DNA from: Treponemataceae bacterium | Lineage (GTDB): Bacteria > Spirochaetota > Spirochaetia > Treponematales > Treponemataceae | NCBI GenBank assembly: GCA_024685655.1 | Contig: JAIKVO010000055.1 | Coordinates: 1-61,604 of the forward strand | Length of the DNA stretch: 61,604 nucleotides | Reading direction: 5' to 3' | Shown: piece by piece, positions 28,961 to 36,267 of the stretch | Layout of the letters: each line of letters begins with the position of its first letter | How positions within the stretch are numbered: position 1 is the first letter of the stretch | Position numbers and translations under genes: made by a program | The notes under the pieces: model-generated | Seen by the model: only the letters and a program-made list of their open reading frames with translations | Told to the model about the DNA's origin: nothing | Databases searched by the model: none

Positions 28961-29980
28961 TCACATAAACGATTGTGGTAAAAGATTTTTGTAAGTCCAA
29001 CCGCTTATCTCAATAAAATAGTCTGGATATGAAGTTTCTTTATCTGTTTTGAATTGTGTATAAAAACGAGTATCGGGCTCGGAAACTTCTCCGGTGGAGA
29101 ACACAGCGACGGAAGCACTTTGCATTTTTTGATTTGTCATCTGAATGCTAAGTATTTGATTGATTCCAAGGGACACTACATCATCCAAAGAGACTATGGA
29201 AGATCCTTTAACTGAAAGCAATGTATGAATATATTCTGAATATTCGCTGGAGCCGTTCTCATAAAGTTTGACAGTTCGTGATTTATTATTCCTATCAAAT
29301 TGAGTTACAGAAACGCTCATGGCATCACTTTCTTTTTCAATTTTCCAATTTAATAATTCAGTTGGTAATACGGATAAATCAGCCCACAAATCGATATTTT
29401 GAGAAAGATATGGTGAAAAAACATTATCAATCCGGTAAACAGATGCATTTTTGCCGTTTCTGACATAAACACCAGAATAATCAGCCGTACTTTTACCGAA
29501 AAAAAGATCCGAACGAAGCGTATCGTTTCCGCCAGAGCTTTCATAAAACGAAATTTGCACAGCTTCCTGATCAGTAAGCTCAAATTGTTTCCATGATGAT
29601 ATATCATCTGAAAGAAGAATAAAATCTTGGGTTTTGCAAGATGAAACTAAGAATTTTTGCAAAACTGAAGTGTCAGCTTTAAAAAGAACTCCGTTTACGT
29701 TCCCCTGCCAATATTCATTTCCATCTGTATTTTTTTTCGTGAAAACGAGCGTCGGTATCACGTAGCCTTGATATTCATTCTCAGCATGATTGTCTTTTTC
29801 GTTCAGCGGGAACTTAATCATTATTTTGTTAATGGTATTTTTATATTTTTGATTTAAAAGTGCGCTTTGTATCGTCTTACCTGAATAATTCGTATTGTTT
29901 TTAGCAGAGCCTATAATCAAAATAACTAATAATACTATACAATATGATAAAATACCAACATACAACCATTTTCGTCTCAT
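28961..29980 (-). CDS. DUF4340-like protein (N-terminal anchor), partner of GldG-type ABC systems
   Basis: It has an N-terminal TM segment and a 4-nt overlap with the upstream GldF/GldG fusion. The family call rests on position and size, from memory. Confidence 0.5.
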   Translation of the reverse strand: MRRKWLYVGILSYCIVLLVILIIGSAKNNTNYSGKTIQSALLNQKYKNTINKIMIKFPLNEKDNHAENEYQGYVIPTLVFTKKNTDGNEYWQGNVNGVLFKADTSVLQKFLVSSCKTQDFILLSDDISSWKQFELTDQEAVQISFYESSGGNDTLRSDLFFGKSTADYSGVYVRNGKNASVYRIDNVFSPYLSQNIDLWADLSVLPTELLNWKIEKESDAMSVSVTQFDRNNKSRTVKLYENGSSEYSEYIHTLLSVKGSSIVSLDDVVSLGINQILSIQMTNQKMQSASVAVFSTGEVSEPDTRFYTQFKTDKETSYPDYFIEISGWTYKNLLPQSFM

Positions 29981-32265
29981 GATTTTTTATTCCCGCTTTT
30001 ATAAATTTTGATTTTTCTTATCACTGATTTCCTTCTGATTAAGTCTACAAAAACATACATGCTCAGAATTAAAACCGGAATGATGATAAAACACAGAGCC
30101 TTGATAAGATTAGTTTTATGAGCGAAATCTGATTCCGTCGTAATTTTATACGGGGCTGTATTAATGTTACCTTTGTTTTTTATTGGAATTAGCTCTTCAT
30201 TGTTGTTCAACCATAAAACTGATGATAAAAGAAAATCCAGGTTTTGATACAGGCTGTTAGAATTTTCAATCATTGTTGAAATGAAATACTGATCACCGGC
30301 AACGACAAGCCGCACTTGAGGGCTTTCGCGCATATCATAACAACCGTTGACCTCTCCCTCTATTGAAGCTGCGAGGACATATTTACCTTTTGATTTTTTG
30401 TCGGGTTCTAAATATGAAACAAGAAATGGATCTGTAATATATTCTCCGTCTGTATCATCTGGATAAGAAAGCCAAGCGTCTTCCGAGGTTTCTAAAAGCG
30501 GAGTTACTTTGAGTTCTTTATGCTGGGCAAAATAAAGCGAACTTGCCCAATAAAAAACCGGCATTTTTAATTGATCAAGAATTTCATTAGAAGTTACTGT
30601 AGTATTTATCCAATACGGATAATCTATGTATTTTGCGTCTCCGCCGGAAGAACTGTACATTCGTATTCTGTAACATGAATTGTTATCGACGCAGATGCCG
30701 CTGTCTATGCCTATTCCCCAATAGTCAAGCATTTCGATTATAGAGTCAGCTCCAGCATGGTGAGACTCCCATGATCCCTGTATATCCGTAACGTTAGGAG
30801 AAACTGCAAAAAAAACGTTTCCACCCTTCATAACCCAGTTTTCTATTGCAGCGGCATCTGAAGGTTTTGCCTCCACGGATCCTGTCACGAGCAGCACGGT
30901 ATTATCTATGCTTTTCTTCTCATAAAGCTCGTCTGTAGTTATTTCATTGCAAATAAAACCGGATGATTGAAGCCATGGTTTCAAATATGGATAGTATTCA
31001 TCTGAAGAAAGATTGTTTCCTGTATATAATAACACCGTGTTTACGATTCCAGTGGTCAGTGCGCGGATTCTTATAAGCAAATCGTATTCTAATGAAGCTG
31101 TTGAAAGAAGAAATGGTATTGTGGCGGCATTTGAGCCATACTCTATCAATACTGAAGAATATACGCTTACGTAAGATGTTTTGTTTTCTTCTGATGTTTG
31201 TAACTGTTGGCTTATTATTCCAAGTTCCTCTAGTCTGTCTTTTGATTCAAGCTCGGCAGGGTTTACTGTCAGTACAGAAATATTCTTGTTCTCTGCTGAA
31301 AGTGTGTTAAGATAATCCTTAACATCGCGTACTTGTGGATATAACGTTTCTAGTTCCGGTGAAAGATAATATGTTATCGTAAGTGGTGCTATTGCTGATT
31401 TTACAGTTTCTTTTCCTGTTTCAGAAAGTGAAAATTGTTTTTCTTTTGTTGTATCTATTCTTATATAAAACAGCGAAGAAACAGCTAGAGTAAGGATTCC
31501 CGCGCATAGTACCAAAAAGTTGTAAAATACAAGTCTTTTTTTCTTTGTTGATTCAGTTTTTATTAATGAAAGCCATGTAAAAACTATAGTCAGGGTTATA
31601 AAGAAAAAAATATCTTTTGTATCGATAATTCCTTTCACAGCGGCATCTGTGTGCCATGCAACGGAAAGAACCGTTAGTATCGATGAAATAAAGCCTGGAA
31701 GCTTTACATACTGCGGAAGAAGATGACATACGGAAATGAGAAATAGCACAAAAACCGAAACAAAAAAAGAAACTATACTGTTTTTGAAATTGGCTGCAAT
31801 GAAACAACAAAAGCTACAAATCGAAGCTCCGAAAAGCATCATGCACAAATAGCCAGTCAATACTTTAGAAATATCAACATCACCGAATTCATTTAGAATA
31901 ATTACTGACGGTATAGTAAGTCCAAGAAAAACAGTATAAACAATGAAAGACGCAATTATGCGCGAACAAACAGCGCATAAAAACGAAACGGGCAAACAAT
32001 CATTGTCAATTAGTTTTCTATTCTGAACTACCATTGCAATAGCTGGAATTATTAGTACTGAAACATATGGGATTATATTGAAAAAATGACGTATCTCCAC
32101 AGAACTGGTATCAATATTGAAAAATCCTCTGAGCTGGAAAAAAGCGAAATTTATACTCAGGACAAATATTGCTCCAGATATGTATGTTATGGGTTGGATG
32201 AAAAGTTTGAAAAGGTTTGCTTTTATAGCGGAATATAAAACTGAACCTAAAAATCGTTTCTTCAT
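29977..32265 (-). CDS. ABC-2 permease fused to a GldG-like auxiliary domain
   Basis: About 240 aa of polytopic N-terminus, then a large extracytoplasmic domain and a C-terminal TM anchor. It lies directly downstream of the ABC ATPase. Confidence 0.7.
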   Translation of the reverse strand: MKKRFLGSVLYSAIKANLFKLFIQPITYISGAIFVLSINFAFFQLRGFFNIDTSSVEIRHFFNIIPYVSVLIIPAIAMVVQNRKLIDNDCLPVSFLCAVCSRIIASFIVYTVFLGLTIPSVIILNEFGDVDISKVLTGYLCMMLFGASICSFCCFIAANFKNSIVSFFVSVFVLFLISVCHLLPQYVKLPGFISSILTVLSVAWHTDAAVKGIIDTKDIFFFITLTIVFTWLSLIKTESTKKKRLVFYNFLVLCAGILTLAVSSLFYIRIDTTKEKQFSLSETGKETVKSAIAPLTITYYLSPELETLYPQVRDVKDYLNTLSAENKNISVLTVNPAELESKDRLEELGIISQQLQTSEENKTSYVSVYSSVLIEYGSNAATIPFLLSTASLEYDLLIRIRALTTGIVNTVLLYTGNNLSSDEYYPYLKPWLQSSGFICNEITTDELYEKKSIDNTVLLVTGSVEAKPSDAAAIENWVMKGGNVFFAVSPNVTDIQGSWESHHAGADSIIEMLDYWGIGIDSGICVDNNSCYRIRMYSSSGGDAKYIDYPYWINTTVTSNEILDQLKMPVFYWASSLYFAQHKELKVTPLLETSEDAWLSYPDDTDGEYITDPFLVSYLEPDKKSKGKYVLAASIEGEVNGCYDMRESPQVRLVVAGDQYFISTMIENSNSLYQNLDFLLSSVLWLNNNEELIPIKNKGNINTAPYKITTESDFAHKTNLIKALCFIIIPVLILSMYVFVDLIRRKSVIRKIKIYKSGNKKS

Positions 32266-32276
32266 TTACTATAATC

Positions 32277-33026
32277 CTATTTTTGCACTTTTTTCGCGGA
32301 CGTAAGGTTTATAAACGCTTCTTCTAAACTGTTCGATCCTGATTTTTTGCAAATGTTTTCGGAAGTTCCGTCAGCGATTTTTTCACCATTATGCAAAAAT
32401 ATAATTTTATCACAAATTGTCTCGGCTTCAGGCATAAAATGTGTTGAAAGCAGTATAGTCTTTGTTTTTCTTGCTTCCCGGATAATGTTCCTTGTTTCAG
32501 CCATTTGAAGCGGATCCAGACCCGAAATTGGTTCGTCAAGAACCAGAACGGAAGGGTCATGTACGAAAGCTTGTGCAAATGAGAGCCGCTGCCTGTACCC
32601 TTTTGAAAGAGCAGATATTTTTTTGTTCAGTACAGTTTCAAGTGAGAACAATTCAATAACTTTGGAAAGTTGTTCAGATTTCGCCTTTTTTCCTTTAAAA
32701 ACCGCTGCACCTGACATTTCTCGAATATCTGCGCATTCATTCAAGAATTCCATTACATAATAGTTTTCCGGGAACACCGCATTCTCACTTACATATCCGA
32801 TGTTTTCCTGGATTTCTACATGTTTTTCTTCAACAGAAAGACCGTTGACATAAACAGTTCCTTCTGTCGGATAATGAAGTCCGCATATCGCCTTAAGAAT
32901 CGTTGTTTTGCCAGCCCCATTCTCTCCAATTAAGCCGGTAATCATTTTATCGGAACAGACAAAGCTTACATCGTTTACAGCCGTATTGTTCCCATATTTT
33001 TTCGTGAACGATTTTAGCTCTATCAT
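32277..33026 (-). CDS. ABC transporter ATP-binding protein (GldA-like)
   Basis: Walker A GENGAGKTT, signature LSKGYRQRL, Walker B LVLDEP. Confidence 0.92.
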   Translation of the reverse strand: MIELKSFTKKYGNNTAVNDVSFVCSDKMITGLIGENGAGKTTILKAICGLHYPTEGTVYVNGLSVEEKHVEIQENIGYVSENAVFPENYYVMEFLNECADIREMSGAAVFKGKKAKSEQLSKVIELFSLETVLNKKISALSKGYRQRLSFAQAFVHDPSVLVLDEPISGLDPLQMAETRNIIREARKTKTILLSTHFMPEAETICDKIIFLHNGEKIADGTSENICKKSGSNSLEEAFINLTSAKKVQK

Positions 33027-33032
33027 AGTATA

Positions 33033-33959
33033 TTAATCCAAATACGGTATATCGAAACTCATCCTGTCACGCGAAAGAACTGTTTCCGGAAAAATCTCTT
33101 TTGCTTCCGAAAGAATACCATTAAGCTCAAAATCAGAATAGCGTGGACTGTAGTGAATCAATGCCATTTTCCCAACTCCGGCATCTTTTGCAATTCTTGC
33201 AGCTTGTTTCGCGGTCATGTGCTTTTTTTCTGCTGCCTGATCCGCATATTCTTCCGTAAACATTCCTTCGCAGAACAGAAGATCAGAACCTTTCACCTCA
33301 TCTGCGATTGAAGGCAAATATAAAGTATCGGTCACATAGCTCACTTTCCTGCCAGAGCGATTTTTTCCCATGACTTCTTCCGGTTTAACAAGTTTACCTT
33401 CATTTGTCATAACAGATTCGCCATGTTGAAGTTTTGACCAAAGCGGGCCACACGGAACACCTAATTCTTTAGCTTTTTCAGGGTTGAACTCGCCCGGACG
33501 CTCTAATTCTTCTAATGTATAGCCGACACACGTTTTTGTGTGTTTTAAAGGGAATGCCCTGACATAAAAATCTTCACCAGAATATACAACCCCTGGCTCT
33601 GTAATTTCTTTTACTACAATCGGATAATTAATATACATGTCTAGAACTTTACGGCTCGTTTCAATATATTCTGCAATCTTTGGTGGACCTATTATGTACA
33701 GTGGTTCTGTTCTGTCTACTTGTGAAGAAAGCATAAGTATTCCAGGAAGGCCTGTAACATGGTCTGCATGTGTATGACTTACGAATATAGCGTTAATTTT
33801 TTTCCATTTTAAATTCAAACGACGCAATGAAACTTGGGTACCTTCTCCACCGTCAAAAAGAAAAAGATCTCCTTCGCGCCTTAGTAGAACTGACGTAAGA
33901 TGTCTGTATGGCAGAGGCATCATTCCTCCGCATCCTAACACAAAAGCTTCTAGATTCAT
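33033..33959 (-). CDS. rnz: ribonuclease Z
   Basis: GCGGMMP N-terminus, HTHADHVTGLPGIL, and about 308 aa like short-form RNase Z. Confidence 0.88.
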   Translation of the reverse strand: MNLEAFVLGCGGMMPLPYRHLTSVLLRREGDLFLFDGGEGTQVSLRRLNLKWKKINAIFVSHTHADHVTGLPGILMLSSQVDRTEPLYIIGPPKIAEYIETSRKVLDMYINYPIVVKEITEPGVVYSGEDFYVRAFPLKHTKTCVGYTLEELERPGEFNPEKAKELGVPCGPLWSKLQHGESVMTNEGKLVKPEEVMGKNRSGRKVSYVTDTLYLPSIADEVKGSDLLFCEGMFTEEYADQAAEKKHMTAKQAARIAKDAGVGKMALIHYSPRYSDFELNGILSEAKEIFPETVLSRDRMSFDIPYLD

Positions 33960-33967
33960 AATGAGTC

Positions 33968-33976
33968 ACTATATCA
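33968..33976 (-). promoter_or_regulatory. extended -10 element 8 nt upstream of the rnz ATG
   Basis: Minus strand reads TGaTATAGT, then gactcatt, then ATG at 33959. No SD is present. Confidence 0.4.
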
Positions 33977-34019
33977 TTAATTGTTTTGTTTAGGAATACC
34001 TATAAGTAACAGACAATTC

Positions 34020-34048
34020 TTGACAATGAGGGTTATTATTTGTAGTAT
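34020..34048 (+). promoter_or_regulatory. promoter placing +1 on the ATG of the isochorismatase-family gene
   Basis: TTGACA (34020-34025), 17 nt, TAGTAT (34043-34048), 6 nt, then ATG at 34055. No SD is present. Confidence 0.55.
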
Positions 34049-34054
34049 CGAATT

Positions 34055-34849
34055 ATGAGTTATTCTTTGTTAATAATCGACCCTCAGAACGATTTTTGTT
34101 CACCGGATGGTACACTTTACGTTCCCGGTGCAGAAGATGATTGTTCCCATCTTGCATCATTTATTGATGTAAATTCAGAGAAGATAGAAACAATTCATAT
34201 CACACTTGATTGCCATCCAAATTATCATATAGCACATCCGTATTTTTGGGTTGACAATAGTACAGGCAAAAATCCTGTGCCTTTTACAATTATTACTTAC
34301 AAAGATTTTCTCGAAAAAAAATTCTCTCCTGTAGATACCTCTCTTCGTAGACAAGTTGAGAATTATCTTCTTTCGCTTGAAAACAGAGGAAAATATAATC
34401 TCACTGTATGGCCGCCTCACTGTCTTACGGCGACATGGGGATTCTGTGTCGAGGATAATATCTTGAATGCTGTTCATAAATGGGAACTTAAGCATGTAGG
34501 CAAGAACATCGACTTTATAAAAAAAGCAGCCAATCCGCTTACAGAACATTACAGCGCTATTCAAGCCGAGGTTCCAGACCCTTCAGATCCTTCTACTCGC
34601 ACAAATTTCGTGCTCATCGACAAACTTAAGGAAGCTGATAAAATAATTGTTGCCGGAGAAGCTTTATCTCATTGTGTTGCAAATACTTTACGTGATTTAA
34701 CAGTATACATACCTGCATATAAGATTACTGTTCTTGTTGATTGTACTTCATGCGTATCTGGATTTGAAGATGAGGGAAAACACTTCATGGAAGAATTCCA
34801 GTCAAAAGGAATGCAGTTCGAAAAATCACTTAATTTCAACTGGATATAA
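34055..34849 (+). CDS. isochorismatase-family cysteine hydrolase (nicotinamidase-like)
   Basis: LLIIDPQNDFCSPDGTLYVPGA and the catalytic-Cys context GEALSHCVANT. Confidence 0.8.
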   Translation: MSYSLLIIDPQNDFCSPDGTLYVPGAEDDCSHLASFIDVNSEKIETIHITLDCHPNYHIAHPYFWVDNSTGKNPVPFTIITYKDFLEKKFSPVDTSLRRQVENYLLSLENRGKYNLTVWPPHCLTATWGFCVEDNILNAVHKWELKHVGKNIDFIKKAANPLTEHYSAIQAEVPDPSDPSTRTNFVLIDKLKEADKIIVAGEALSHCVANTLRDLTVYIPAYKITVLVDCTSCVSGFEDEGKHFMEEFQSKGMQFEKSLNFNWI

Positions 34850-34871
34850 ACCATATTATATATTTTATACG

Positions 34872-34903
34872 AAAAAGGCGCACTTCAATATGCGCCTTTT
34901 TTT
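34872..34903. terminator. bidirectional intrinsic terminator between convergent genes
   Basis: AAAAA-GGCGCA-cttcaata-TGCGCC-TTTTTTT. Confidence 0.85.
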
Positions 34904-34910
34904 GTGTATT

Positions 34911-36062
34911 TTACCGATGTTTTAGCAGTTTTCTGATTTTCTTAAAGTAAAAAGCTCGAAGTTTTTCAAGCAATATGTAAAATGCGTAAAACGCTGGTTT
35001 TACAGGCATATCTAAACTTCCTGCCCTATGAACAACGGTGCCGCCGAATCCAGTTTTAAAACGATACAGTCCGTGCATAGGATGATTCTCGTCATCCGTC
35101 GGCGGTATTCCGTAAAAGTCGTAAACTTTTGAGCCGAACTTTTTAGCATCCTGAATTGCTGTCCACTGCAAAAGATATGCTGGCATAAGATTTCGCTTAT
35201 TATCAGATGAAGCACCGTAAAGGTACACCGCTTCTGTGTTTGTAAAAAGCGTTATAATGCCTGCTAGCGTTTCGCCTTCGTGCTCAGCAATATAAAGCGT
35301 TGTTTTTACGTGACTTCCATCCGCAGAAAGCTCCAAAAGGCTTTTGTAGTAGTCTTTGCCGTGCACGGCGATTCTGTCACGAGCGGCTGTTTCCATAAAA
35401 ACTTTGTAAAAACTGTCGATGCTTTCGGCACCCGCCGCCCTTACGTTAACGCCTTTTTTCTCGGCAAGCCGAATATTATAACGCCACTTAGGTTTCATTG
35501 CAGAAAGAAGTTCTTCTTCTGTTTTGTCGAGTTGTAAAAGAACTGTATCAGGCGGCTGGATATCTGTTGGTGATTTTTTTAAAAGAACTTTCTCATCAAT
35601 GTCTGTTTTTTTATACATCCTAAGATATTCTATTCTTTCTTCGTTTGTAAAAAACTCTATTGGCGGATCAAAACGGATACAAAAAACTGTCGGTGGAAGT
35701 AGTTTTTTCAGTTCTCGTGCCGTATCTTGGAGTAAAAACAGATATTCTTTTGAATTGTATGTAATATGATTACTATTTTTATCCGAAACTGCCGCGCAGT
35801 TTAAGTTTTGTTTATACTGTGCGGATTTTGGAAGCTCAATACCTAATGGTATATATGCTATAGAAATAAAGGTTTTTAGTTTTCTAACGAGAACTGTTAT
35901 ATTAAAGTTTATAATTGAATTATCAGCTTTGGTTGCCGTTCCCTCAAAAAAGTACGGTGTCCAGTCATGCATGGCTTTGAATGAAGCCCAGAACCTTGTC
36001 TGTAGAAAATGATAAGGTGTTTCGTTTTGTTTTGTTATTGGGGAAATTTTTATAGAGTACAT
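34911..36062 (-). CDS. FemAB-family peptidoglycan interpeptide-bridge aminoacyltransferase
   Basis: FLQTRFWASFK, KPKWRYNIRLAEKKGV and ...LYGASSD...; about 380 aa. Confidence 0.78.
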   Translation of the reverse strand: MYSIKISPITKQNETPYHFLQTRFWASFKAMHDWTPYFFEGTATKADNSIINFNITVLVRKLKTFISIAYIPLGIELPKSAQYKQNLNCAAVSDKNSNHITYNSKEYLFLLQDTARELKKLLPPTVFCIRFDPPIEFFTNEERIEYLRMYKKTDIDEKVLLKKSPTDIQPPDTVLLQLDKTEEELLSAMKPKWRYNIRLAEKKGVNVRAAGAESIDSFYKVFMETAARDRIAVHGKDYYKSLLELSADGSHVKTTLYIAEHEGETLAGIITLFTNTEAVYLYGASSDNKRNLMPAYLLQWTAIQDAKKFGSKVYDFYGIPPTDDENHPMHGLYRFKTGFGGTVVHRAGSLDMPVKPAFYAFYILLEKLRAFYFKKIRKLLKHR

Positions 36063-36087
36063 AATGCAGTCGCATCATTCCTTGTTG

Positions 36088-36267
36088 TTTTATACGATTG
36101 GTCAAGGCGCGCTCGCTTTGTTGCTCGCTTAAAGCCTTGACTCAATCGTTTTAACCGTTGATTAAAATAATCAACTCTTTATACGATTGGTCAAGGTACA
36201 CTCGCCTATGGCTCGTTCAAGACCTTGGCTCAATCGTTTTGACGGTTGAAATGCATTTTCAACCGTC
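36088..36267. repeat. two tandem copies of an ~89-nt structured intergenic element
   Basis: Copy 1 spans 36088-36177 and copy 2 spans 36178-36267. Both share TTTATACGATTGGTCAAGG ... CCTTG(A/G)CTCAATCGTTTT. That pair forms an interrupted 13-bp inverted repeat around a ~26-nt loop. Each copy then has a second short hairpin: GTTGATT/AATCAAC in copy 1 and GACGGTTGAAA/TTTCAACCGTC in copy 2. Confidence 0.85.
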
